64,000 nt of DNA from Patescibacteria group bacterium (lineage in GTDB: Bacteria; Patescibacteriota; Minisyncoccia; Phycocordibacterales; PALSA-1337), in the NCBI GenBank assembly GCA_040387635.1, contig JAZKDJ010000001.1, positions 115,851-179,850 of the forward strand, written 5' to 3'. The position numbers and the translations under genes are program-made. The notes beneath the pieces were generated by a model that was not told the origin of the DNA, did not search any database, and saw only the letters and a program-made list of their open reading frames with translations. Position 1 is the stretch's first letter, and each line of letters opens with the position of its first letter. Shown piece after piece: positions 36,778-45,508 of this stretch.

Positions 36778-37806
36778 TTATTCCGCTACTACTGGTGCAG
36801 GTTCAGCTTCCTTCTTCTTTTCTCCGTGTCCTGATGCGTTACCGTCCACTTCGTAGCTTGTGTTCTGTGCTTCGAAGAAGTTAACGAGTTCGAATACGTC
36901 GGTAGCTGTGCTCATCCACTTCGCAGGGTTTCGCACGTTATAGTGCTTAGCAAGGCCGAGCTCCTCCAATCGTCGGTCGGCTACATACTGTACGTACTGG
37001 TTCACGTAGTCAGCATTGAGTCCGAGAATTCCTCGAGGGAAAAGATCCTTGTTATAGCTAACTTCGAGATCAACTCCTTCAATGATGATATCCCTAATCT
37101 CATTCGCAAATTCTGGAGTAACGAGTGCAGCGTTCTCTTCAAGGATGGTGTGAATCATGTTGATACCGAACTTGAGGTGGAGGCTCTCGTCTCGAAGCAC
37201 CCAGTTGATCATTGAACCGAAGTTTCGAAGTTGATTTCGCTGTCGGAATGAAAGCGCAACCATGAATCCGCTATAAAACCACACTCCTTCCATAACAATG
37301 TTTGTTGCAACGAGGTTTCGGATGAAGTTTCGTTTGCCATCTGTACTCTCGATATCAAGCTTCTGATCCATCATTCGGCTCATGTACTTGCCGATATAAG
37401 CTTCCTTTGCCTGCATTGAAGGCTTGTCGAGGTGAAGGCTGAAGATCTGGCTTCTGTCGAATGGGAATGTATGCAAAACATATTCGAATGCAACACAGTG
37501 GTTTGCTTCTTCCCACATTTGCTTAGCGAGATAGAGATGAGCCTCTGGTGCCTTGATATATGGATAAACTCCGAGAGCAAGAGATTTGTTAACAATAAGC
37601 TCTGCTGGGTTGAAGAATGCCATCAAGAACTTCACTGCGTGACGTTCGTCTTCGGTCATCTTGACCCAGTCTTCCAAGTCTTCCTTGAGAGCGATCTCGT
37701 GCGGGAACCAAGTGTTTCGAACGGCCTGCTGATACAGGTCGTACGCCCACTGGTAACGTATCGGGTGTAGGTTTACATCTTCTGGGGCTGCTTTACCGAT
37801 CATCAT
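36778..37806 (-). CDS. nrdB: ribonucleotide reductase small subunit, class Ic-like (R2c)
   Basis: 342-aa ORF collinear with Chlamydia trachomatis R2 as I recall it; WEEANHCVAFEY has Phe at His+4; first metal ligand is Glu (FFNPAEL). Confidence 0.9.
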   Translation of the reverse strand: MMIGKAAPEDVNLHPIRYQWAYDLYQQAVRNTWFPHEIALKEDLEDWVKMTEDERHAVKFLMAFFNPAELIVNKSLALGVYPYIKAPEAHLYLAKQMWEEANHCVAFEYVLHTFPFDRSQIFSLHLDKPSMQAKEAYIGKYMSRMMDQKLDIESTDGKRNFIRNLVATNIVMEGVWFYSGFMVALSFRQRNQLRNFGSMINWVLRDESLHLKFGINMIHTILEENAALVTPEFANEIRDIIIEGVDLEVSYNKDLFPRGILGLNADYVNQYVQYVADRRLEELGLAKHYNVRNPAKWMSTATDVFELVNFFEAQNTSYEVDGNASGHGEKKKEAEPAPVVAE

Positions 37807-37924
37807 ATGATTAATGAAGTTAAATTAGATTAATAGAGGGGATAATTTTTAATCTAGTCAGCGAGGGCAAAACGACTAGTTGAACAAGTATACCGTATCT
37901 TGGTATGACGAACTATTGCGCTTT

Positions 37925-40756
37925 CTACTGGCAGCTGTCGCACTGTGCGCGCTCCGCAGGGTCAGTAGGACAAACTTTACCGGCCATTACGATCTTTGGT
38001 CTCTGAACTACTGCAGCAGGAGCATGTCCATGATTAGAAGAAGTTTCTGGTGCATGATTCTGCGCTTCCGTCTTCATATGAAGACTCTGTTGTTGTACTG
38101 CACCGAATCCTCGAGCAGGAGCTGCTGGCTGTTGTGCTACATGGTGCTGTGCTTGATATGGAACCTGATGTTGTACAGGCTGTGCAGTTGGTGCGTGATG
38201 AATCTGAGCAGAATGACTTACAGATGCGAAGCCTCCTACTGCCTTAGGTGCTGCCTGAGCTACTGGCTCTTCTACATATGTAGCAGGATTAAATGGAGAT
38301 GCTTCGAGTGGAAGTGGCTGAGACATAATATCGAGAACTGGAACTTCTTCCACCTTCTCTTCTGCGACTGGTGCACTCATTACCCCACCGAATCCTCGGC
38401 GTCCCATCTTCTCTGACTTGTTAACTCGCACTGTGCTTTGTTCAGCAGAGTGTCGCGGCTTCATGTGGAGATAGTACGTAGACTTGAGACCCTTTTCCCA
38501 TGCTGTGCTATAGATCTTCATTGTCTCGTCGATATCTCGAGTCTCAAGATACATGTTTCGAGAAAGTGCCTGGTCCACCCACTTCTGTGCGCGAGCGGCA
38601 ATTTCAATAAAGGCGTACGGAGAAGTTGTGAATGATGTCTTATAGATATCCTTGATGTGCTGAGGAATACCTGGGATCTCTGAGATATCTCCCTGCATCT
38701 CAACAATCTGTTCCTTAACTGAATCCCAAATACCCATGTTCTTAAGATCCTTTACGAGGTTATGGTTGAGGTCGAGATATTTTCCTGAAATCTTGTTTCG
38801 TGAGAACACCTGCGCAAATCGAGGATCGATACCAGGAGTTGTTCCTGCGACGAGTCCGATGTTTGCGTTTGGAGCAACTGCCATAAGCGTCGCGTTTCTC
38901 ATTCCGCTCTTCACCTTCTCTCGGAGAATGTCCCAGTTAACTCCCTTGTGCTTGCTCTCCTTTGAAACAGCAACCTTGATGCCTCGCTCTTGTTCGACAA
39001 ACTTAATGGTGTCGATAGGAACCATTCCCTGTGACCATCGTGAACCTTCGAAGTGAGTATAGCTACCTCGCTCTCGTGCGAGATCTGCGCTGGCATCAAT
39101 CGCCATATAGCTTACGAATTCAAATATTCTGTCGGCAAAATCCCATGCATGAGGGCTGTCGTATGACATACCGAGTTGTTCAAGAGCATCTGATAGCCCC
39201 ATGACACCAAGACCAATTGCGCGATTCTCCCTGTCTGATTTGACCGCTTCTGGAATTGGAAGAACGTTGATATCAATAAGGTTATCAAGCTGTCGTATAG
39301 CAAGTCGAACTGATTCTTCAAGTCGTCCCCAGTTAACTTCCTTGTTATTGATATGAGCAGCAAGGTTGAGAGAAGCTAGGTTACATACAGCAACGTTGTC
39401 CTTGTCCTGTGGAAGACAGATCTCTGTACAGAGGTTGGACATATGGATAGTACCAGTGTTGTTGTTGAGCGCTCGGAGGTTGATGGAATCCTTCCAAACC
39501 AGCCATGGATGAGACGTAGACTGCATTGAAATGAGGATGTGTCGATACTGTTCCTGTGCAGGCACCTTCTTGAAAACTCGAAGCTTGCCCTGCTCTGCCA
39601 TCTCTGCGTATTGAGCATATCGTTCACTAAAGGCCTGACCATAAAGCTCATTCAAATCCGGAACTTCGACTGGATCGAACATATACCAGTCCTTTCCTTC
39701 TCTTACTCGCTTCATAAATTCATCTGAGAGGAATACTGCTGTGTTAGCAGTTCGCATTCTCATATAGTCATCTCCAGCATTGTGCTTCCAGTCAATATAT
39801 TCTGGGAAATCAAGATGCCAGTTCTCCATGTAGAAGCAAAGAGCTCCTTTTTTCTTACCTCCTCGCTGAATAGCTCGGATAGCCGTGTCGATAACCTTCG
39901 CAAACGGAGTAGGACCTGTAGAAGTACCGTTGTTTGACTTAAGAGGAGAACCTGCAGCTCGAAGCTTAGTAAGAGATGCACCGATTCCTCCAGAACCCTT
40001 AGAGAGAAGCATTACGTCTGCTACAGACTTCGCAATATGGTTCATGTCATCCTGAATTTCAAGAAGGAAGCAGTTTGAGAGCGCAGGCTTAGGCATTCCA
40101 GCTGCAAGGTTGGTAGAACCTCCAGCGATGTACTCAAGCTTAGACATCTTATGATAAAACTTCTTAGCCATTTCAGTAGGATTCTTCTCATTGAATGACA
40201 ATCCCATGGCAATTCGCATGAACATATATTGAGGAGTCTCACGAGGCGTGTCTCCATCTCGCTTCAAAGCATATCGGTGTAGCAATCCAGAGAGACCTGC
40301 ATACTGGAAAAGCTCATCTCTTTCTATCTTGAGAGTATCGGCAAGAACTTGAAGGTTGAATTTCTCCTTCATTCGAGGATCAAGTCGGCCATCAGTAAGG
40401 CCATTTTCGATGTATTGGAGAAACATCTCGCGGTGCTTTTGTTCAAGATCATCCGCATTATCAATATCATAGTCACCCACAACCTTCCTATATACAGTCT
40501 TTAGGAGAAGACGTGTAGCAACTCTATCGTATTCGATATCTTCTTTGATGTTCTGCACAGCCGCGTTGATGGTCGCCTGATCCATCTCGTCGGTTGTGAT
40601 TCCATCATAGAGCGTAAGCTGAGTCTCAGTCGCAATCTGAGTAACCATTGCGATTGGATCAGTAAGTCCTCTACTTGCACGTTCAATAGACCGGTTGATC
40701 TTGTCCGCATTAAAGGGCGCCTTACTACCGTCACGTCGTGTGATTGATATATTCAT
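37925..40756 (-). CDS. nrdA: ribonucleotide reductase large subunit, class I, with ATP-cone and long C-terminal tail
   Basis: 943-aa ORF; ATP-cone (ITRRDGSKAPFNADKI), SNCFLL, SNLCTEI, STYYLH, terminal CDSCQ. Confidence 0.95.
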   Translation of the reverse strand: MNISITRRDGSKAPFNADKINRSIERASRGLTDPIAMVTQIATETQLTLYDGITTDEMDQATINAAVQNIKEDIEYDRVATRLLLKTVYRKVVGDYDIDNADDLEQKHREMFLQYIENGLTDGRLDPRMKEKFNLQVLADTLKIERDELFQYAGLSGLLHRYALKRDGDTPRETPQYMFMRIAMGLSFNEKNPTEMAKKFYHKMSKLEYIAGGSTNLAAGMPKPALSNCFLLEIQDDMNHIAKSVADVMLLSKGSGGIGASLTKLRAAGSPLKSNNGTSTGPTPFAKVIDTAIRAIQRGGKKKGALCFYMENWHLDFPEYIDWKHNAGDDYMRMRTANTAVFLSDEFMKRVREGKDWYMFDPVEVPDLNELYGQAFSERYAQYAEMAEQGKLRVFKKVPAQEQYRHILISMQSTSHPWLVWKDSINLRALNNNTGTIHMSNLCTEICLPQDKDNVAVCNLASLNLAAHINNKEVNWGRLEESVRLAIRQLDNLIDINVLPIPEAVKSDRENRAIGLGVMGLSDALEQLGMSYDSPHAWDFADRIFEFVSYMAIDASADLARERGSYTHFEGSRWSQGMVPIDTIKFVEQERGIKVAVSKESKHKGVNWDILREKVKSGMRNATLMAVAPNANIGLVAGTTPGIDPRFAQVFSRNKISGKYLDLNHNLVKDLKNMGIWDSVKEQIVEMQGDISEIPGIPQHIKDIYKTSFTTSPYAFIEIAARAQKWVDQALSRNMYLETRDIDETMKIYSTAWEKGLKSTYYLHMKPRHSAEQSTVRVNKSEKMGRRGFGGVMSAPVAEEKVEEVPVLDIMSQPLPLEASPFNPATYVEEPVAQAAPKAVGGFASVSHSAQIHHAPTAQPVQHQVPYQAQHHVAQQPAAPARGFGAVQQQSLHMKTEAQNHAPETSSNHGHAPAAVVQRPKIVMAGKVCPTDPAERAQCDSCQ

Positions 40757-41035
40757 TGGGATAGCACAAACTTAGAGCACGCAATCTGATAATGTTCAGG
40801 TTCTTGCCTCAGAAACCTTTGTCCTACTATTTTACTCTAAAAAATATTTATCAACAGGCTTTTTTGATCAAATCCATATGAAAAACACATCGTACCCATG
40901 CTGTAAACTATTTGATTTTAATGAAGTTAAAAAACGAGAGCACACAAAGGTTCTTCAAGGTTTTGTGTCTGTCGTAAAATTAGTTTTGGATTAAGGGAGG
41001 AAAAAGGTTCCAGCAGATACAGCTGGTTTAAAAGA

Positions 41036-41536
41036 TTATTCAGAGTTATCCACACCCCCTATTCGTACTTTTGTTCCAATAGAAATTCCATGTTGCTCAG
41101 CAACGCCCGCGTTTAATTCAATAACGTAGAGACTTGGAGCGCTCGGAGCGAAAGAATCTGGATATGTCGAGGGACTAACATTGGTTTTTATATCTACAAC
41201 TACAAAATTTTCATCCAACCAAATTATATCTATCGGAAAATTCATATCTTTCATCCAAAAAGAATACTTCGATGGAGAATCGAATACAAAAAGCATACCA
41301 GTTCCAGGTGCCAGGCTTTCTTTGTCACTCAAACCCTTCTGTCGAAGTGCGGGAGTATCGACGATTTCAAATTTAATTGCACTAAGGTCTACTGTTTTCT
41401 CTTCGACAACAGAAGGTAGTGGAGTATTCGTGAGATAAGACTCTCTGTGTTCCTTAGTTTTGTTCAAAATACCAAAGAGAATCAGGATTATTGCCAGAAG
41501 CAGAACCAAAACGATAACCCTTGATTTAATCGCCAT
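41036..41536 (-). CDS. DUF192 domain protein, membrane-anchored
   Basis: 166-aa ORF; GLSDKESLAPGTGMLFVF...FWMKDMNFPIDIIWLD matches the DUF192 core; TGGTATATT 10 nt upstream of ATG. Confidence 0.8.
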   Translation of the reverse strand: MAIKSRVIVLVLLLAIILILFGILNKTKEHRESYLTNTPLPSVVEEKTVDLSAIKFEIVDTPALRQKGLSDKESLAPGTGMLFVFDSPSKYSFWMKDMNFPIDIIWLDENFVVVDIKTNVSPSTYPDSFAPSAPSLYVIELNAGVAEQHGISIGTKVRIGGVDNSE

Positions 41537-41581
41537 GTTATGTACTAATATACCACATACTCATTAATTAACCGAAGTATT

Positions 41582-41992
41582 ATGCTTTGCAATGTAAACA
41601 TTTGGGCAGTGATAGTTTCAGCGGTGGTAGCTATGATAATCGGAGCTCTTTGGTATTCAAAGGTATTATTCGGCAGCACATGGATGGCGCTTACTGGATG
41701 GACAGGCGTTCTCAGCACTGAGGAGAAGAAGAGCATCTGGAAGTCATACTTGATCCAGTTCATCGGAACGATTGTAATGATCTTCATCCTTGCTCGACTC
41801 CTCTTCCTCTCAGGAACACAGGGAGTTATGTACTCAATGATCATGGCATTCTGGCTATGGCTTGGATTCACAGCAACATTCGCCCTTGGAGCAGTCCTCT
41901 GGGAGAAGAAGCCTCTCAAGCTTGCAGCAATCAACACAGGATCAACACTTGTTTCCCTCCTTGTTGCAGCAATCATTCTCGCAGTTTGGTAA
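41582..41992 (+). CDS. DUF1761 family membrane protein
   Basis: 136-aa ORF; GALWYSKVLFGSTWM motif and 4 TM helices. Confidence 0.75.
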   Translation: MLCNVNIWAVIVSAVVAMIIGALWYSKVLFGSTWMALTGWTGVLSTEEKKSIWKSYLIQFIGTIVMIFILARLLFLSGTQGVMYSMIMAFWLWLGFTATFALGAVLWEKKPLKLAAINTGSTLVSLLVAAIILAVW

Positions 41993-42011
41993 TCTAAGCT
42001 GAATTTTAGAG

Positions 42012-42058
42012 AAAAAGAAAAACCACTCGGAAATAAATTCCGAGTGGTTTTTCTTTTT
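42012..42058. terminator. bidirectional terminator (DUF1761 / MBL)
   Basis: ACCACTCGGA-aataaat-TCCGAGTGGT with A-rich and T-rich flanks. Confidence 0.85.
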
Positions 42059-42059
42059 C

Positions 42060-42698
42060 TTAGAAATCAGTTTCTTTGCCTAATTCAAGCGCAATGAATT
42101 GTATGCCAGATTTTGGAAGATAAAGCTCAGGTAATCTCTTGGTAATACCAGTCTGTCGAACCAGGTTGCCGTCATGTACAGAGAACGCCACTCTCGGTTT
42201 AACATCGAGAACATAATCCATGGCTTCTGTAAGGTTGCACCATGGTGCTGTTACAGGAAAAGCCAATATATCGATAGGCATGCCAGGATTATGGAAAGCA
42301 TCGCCAGGATAATAGAATCTCTTATCGAAGAAGTAGCCTGTATTCTCAACCTGCTCGTAGTCTCTATATATTAGATGGTGCTTGAGACCATGTCCTGAGA
42401 TAGTAACTCCATTAACCTCCGTCTCTTCCCCATCCGCAATCTTAGTGAACGCTATTCCTTTCGTTTCAAGGATTTTACCTACAGAAGCATTGCAGATAAC
42501 CGTTGCTTTCGGATTGTTCTTGAGAACAGCCTCCAGGGACTCAATATGTAGATGATCAGTATGTTCATGCGAGATCACAACACAATCAATGTCCTTCACA
42601 TCATTCTGAGCAGTGGTGTAATTGCCAGGATCCGTTAGGAAACGAGTTCCATTAACTTCGATAATCAGACAGCAATGTCCAAGTTTGGTGATTTTCAT
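42060..42698 (-). CDS. MBL-fold metallo-hydrolase
   Basis: 212-aa ORF; canonical VVISHEHTDHLH motif; TAAAAT 6 nt upstream of ATG. Confidence 0.8.
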   Translation of the reverse strand: MKITKLGHCCLIIEVNGTRFLTDPGNYTTAQNDVKDIDCVVISHEHTDHLHIESLEAVLKNNPKATVICNASVGKILETKGIAFTKIADGEETEVNGVTISGHGLKHHLIYRDYEQVENTGYFFDKRFYYPGDAFHNPGMPIDILAFPVTAPWCNLTEAMDYVLDVKPRVAFSVHDGNLVRQTGITKRLPELYLPKSGIQFIALELGKETDF

Positions 42699-42751
42699 AC
42701 GTTGATTTTAACGCATAATGATGAAAATATTAATAACCTGGACTTGAAACT

Positions 42752-43837
42752 TTAATTCTCAAACGGAATCTTTCCGTCTTTTATCGTCACTATTTTCACT
42801 TCAGGCTTACGTACACCAACATTGTCGAATTCGATTTTGCCACTTACTCCAGTAAAATTAGCGTTCTTAACATTTTCAATCCATTTCTCGCCATCTTTAT
42901 CAGAAGTAGCTATGAGTAAATTAACCGCATCATATCCGAGGTCTGAGAAAAACCCAGGCTCTGTACCGAATCGTTTCTTATATGCATCCTTAAATTCCTG
43001 AGTGACACTAGACGAAACTACTGCAATTAATGCGCCGTCTAGAATTTTGCCTCCATTTAAGATTCGTTGATAGTCAGAAATTCCTGACTGAGCATTAGCA
43101 TCAAATGCTAATTGCGGTAACTTTCCTTTTAGATTTGCATACTGCTTCACAAACTGTGCACCAGATTCTGGGAACATAAGCACAATTACTATATCTGGGT
43201 TCGATTCAGAAGCCTTCAATACTGACGACCTAAAATCCTTTTCGTCGGCGTTGATGGTGTATTCTTTCATTGCCGTACCATAACCTTCTACCATGGCATT
43301 TTTGAAGCGAATCATAGTGTCGTTATTAGTAAATACAACAACTGGATTCTTATATCCTTTCTCCTTTATATAGGCACCAAGCTGCTTCTCAAGTTCGATA
43401 TTTCCCGGAAGAATCTGGAATACGTTATCTGATGTAGGCTGAACAGGCTGCTCTCCACCTTGGATCACTGGAATATCCGTCTTTGTTACAAGGTCATAAA
43501 TAGCTCCGATACTTGGAGTTGAGACGTTGATCAAAGCGTCTATATGATCAATGCCTACCAACTTCTGATATGCACTTAGCGCTTTCTTTGAATCAAAGCC
43601 ATCATCTTCTGGTATGAATTCAATCTTTGAATCAGGATGCGCTCGATTATATTCCTCAGTTGCTAATAGAGCGCCGTTTCGAAGATTTTCTCCGACTACG
43701 GAGTATTCTCCACTTAAGATGGATATCATTCCAATCTTAAGCGTCTCAGGCTTAGATTCCTTTGTATTAGCGGCCCATATACCACCTACGATTACAAGAG
43801 CTATGATTGCTGCAATAATCTTTGTTTGTATTTTCAT
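42752..43837 (-). CDS. ABC-type substrate-binding protein (LivK/Peripla_BP_6-like)
   Basis: 361-aa ORF; signal anchor, LKIGMISILSGEYSVVGENLRNGALLA pattern; no permease or ATPase nearby. Confidence 0.8.
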   Translation of the reverse strand: MKIQTKIIAAIIALVIVGGIWAANTKESKPETLKIGMISILSGEYSVVGENLRNGALLATEEYNRAHPDSKIEFIPEDDGFDSKKALSAYQKLVGIDHIDALINVSTPSIGAIYDLVTKTDIPVIQGGEQPVQPTSDNVFQILPGNIELEKQLGAYIKEKGYKNPVVVFTNNDTMIRFKNAMVEGYGTAMKEYTINADEKDFRSSVLKASESNPDIVIVLMFPESGAQFVKQYANLKGKLPQLAFDANAQSGISDYQRILNGGKILDGALIAVVSSSVTQEFKDAYKKRFGTEPGFFSDLGYDAVNLLIATSDKDGEKWIENVKNANFTGVSGKIEFDNVGVRKPEVKIVTIKDGKIPFEN

Positions 43838-43950
43838 ATAATTTTTGAGTGACTATACTATCCCACAAAATACATACTTCGTAAATTATCCCTTTCAAAA
43901 AGCAGAACTCTCCAGAAACCCCATACATTGCTTAGTATTTTGTAATATTA

Positions 43951-43992
43951 ATATGTCAGGAAAGTTGACATATTTGATTGAATACATATACT
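43951..43992 (+). promoter_or_regulatory. promoter TTGACA-N16-TATACT overlapped by palindrome ATATGTCA-N7-TGACATAT (candidate autoregulatory operator)
   Basis: perfect 8+8 bp inverted repeat 43951-43973 covers the -35 box (43965-43970); -10 at 43987-43992, 6 nt before ATG 43999. Confidence 0.6.
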
Positions 43993-43998
43993 TATTGA

Positions 43999-44817
43999 AT
44001 GAAAACGGGAAAACAAGCCTCTAACGATCTACTCCTACTTACTCCCAATGAAATTGAGGTACTTCATTACCTACAAGGCCAAAAGGCATCTACCCCAGTT
44101 ACACTAGCCCAAGCTAGTGGCATCCCCCGCCCCACCGTATACATCACGTTGGATAAGCTTCAAAAAAGAGGCTTAGTGGAATCAAGGAAAGTAGGCCGTA
44201 AAAAGACATGGATAAAGATTAGTACTGAAAAGTTACTCAAGGACATTGAGCGACTCAAAAGCACCCTAATAGCTGACGATGCGGACTATCGACATATCAA
44301 TCTCACCGAAAACACTGATCTCGCTATCTATCAGGGAGAAAAAACAATCATAAAGCTTTTTTATAAGCTGATTGAGAAACATGGCAAGAGCCGACTTATG
44401 GGAATACAGGGGGACTATGCCGGTGACGCATGGAAAGACACCTTTTCAGTTGAAGCGATCAATGCAGTAAATGCAAAAATTAAAAAAGTCGGACTCATCA
44501 CTGAGATAATTACCTCAAAGGATTGGTTTGAGCGCCAAATCAAAACATTCGGAAGAAGCTGGGCTGAAAACTTCGGAGGAAGGGCTGCGCTTGTACATTT
44601 TATCGACAAAAAGTATTTGGACTACGAAAGCCAAATTTTTATCTTTGAAAACCAGCTCTACCTAGTGTCCATGAAAGAAAAGCTTTTTATAGAGATCAAA
44701 AACCAACAAATAGCAAAACTTATTATTTCGCTTCTCAAATTTGTAGAAGACCACTCCCCTTCAGTAGACATCAATAAACAACTTGAAAGTTTACTGAGCA
44801 AGCATTCGTCCAAATAA
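43999..44817 (+). CDS. TrmB-like winged-helix transcriptional regulator
   Basis: 272-aa ORF; N-terminal HTH LTPNEIEVLHYLQGQKASTPVTLAQASGIPRPTVYITLDKLQKRGLVE. Confidence 0.7.
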   Translation: MKTGKQASNDLLLLTPNEIEVLHYLQGQKASTPVTLAQASGIPRPTVYITLDKLQKRGLVESRKVGRKKTWIKISTEKLLKDIERLKSTLIADDADYRHINLTENTDLAIYQGEKTIIKLFYKLIEKHGKSRLMGIQGDYAGDAWKDTFSVEAINAVNAKIKKVGLITEIITSKDWFERQIKTFGRSWAENFGGRAALVHFIDKKYLDYESQIFIFENQLYLVSMKEKLFIEIKNQQIAKLIISLLKFVEDHSPSVDINKQLESLLSKHSSK

Positions 44818-44818
44818 A

Positions 44819-45070
44819 TTAGAACACCTCCTGAGTTGGCACCGTACAGTTTCTCTTTACCCAACCTGCGTCATAGTCTGAGATCTCTCGCCTCTCACCA
44901 TTCTTTATATAGTACGAAGACTGAGGGCTTGTACCTGGCATTTTGTTTACAATCATCTCATCAGGACATTCGTGGAGCTTGGAATCATTACCTAGAGCAA
45001 AGTAAATATATGCGTAATATGCTGCTGCTATTACGATGATGATACCGATTATTGTGAGTGCCTTTTTCAT
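44819..45070 (-). CDS. hypothetical small membrane-anchored protein
   Basis: 83-aa ORF; N-terminal TM helix, two Cys in the exposed part. Confidence 0.45.
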   Translation of the reverse strand: MKKALTIIGIIIVIAAAYYAYIYFALGNDSKLHECPDEMIVNKMPGTSPQSSYYIKNGERREISDYDAGWVKRNCTVPTQEVF

Positions 45071-45087
45071 AAGATCATTATATCACT

Positions 45088-45477
45088 TTAGATATCTAAT
45101 TTATTATCCTCCTGCCCTTCCTGTTCAATTATAAATTCATTCCCATCAAGGTCAGCGATAATCGCTTCCTTCCATCCCCAAGGCTTTGTTTCAATATCTT
45201 TAATTATTTTTGCTCCCAATGATTCAGCCTGCTTGAGAAAATTCTCAAGATTGTCAGTCTCAAATGAAACCTGCTTCCTACCACCAATATATAGCTCTGC
45301 CCAGTCAGAAGAACGATACGAAGCATTCTCCTCAATATTAAATTCAATTCCATCCAAAACAGCTGATGCAAATGGAGGTCGAAATTCTTCAAATTTCATT
45401 CCAAAAACATTTTCATAAAACGGACGAGCCTTGTTCAAATCTGAAACTCCGATCAATATTGAAGAAACTTTTAACAT
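45088..45477 (-). CDS. VOC (glyoxalase/bleomycin-resistance) family protein
   Basis: 129-aa ORF; paired beta-alpha-beta-beta-beta pattern, FYENVFGMKF and ADLDGNEFII motifs. Confidence 0.8.
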   Translation of the reverse strand: MLKVSSILIGVSDLNKARPFYENVFGMKFEEFRPPFASAVLDGIEFNIEENASYRSSDWAELYIGGRKQVSFETDNLENFLKQAESLGAKIIKDIETKPWGWKEAIIADLDGNEFIIEQEGQEDNKLDI

Positions 45478-45508
45478 TGTTAATAATTATTATTTAATAA
45501 TGGACTCT

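Noticed and set aside
37880-38416. 178-aa + strand ORF opposite the nrdA 3' end, which could suggest the NrdA tail is not coding
   Set aside because: Its translation is Cys/Trp/Leu/Arg-rich nonsense. The minus-strand frame is continuous with the catalytic core and ends in the expected CxxC redox tail.
40878-40994. 38-aa + strand ORF (MKNTSYPCCKLFDFNEVKKREHTKVLQGFVSVVKLVLD) in the nrdA upstream region
   Set aside because: It is on the strand opposite both flanking genes, has no promoter or SD signal that I can see, and has no membrane or known small-protein character. It more likely overlaps a regulatory leader.
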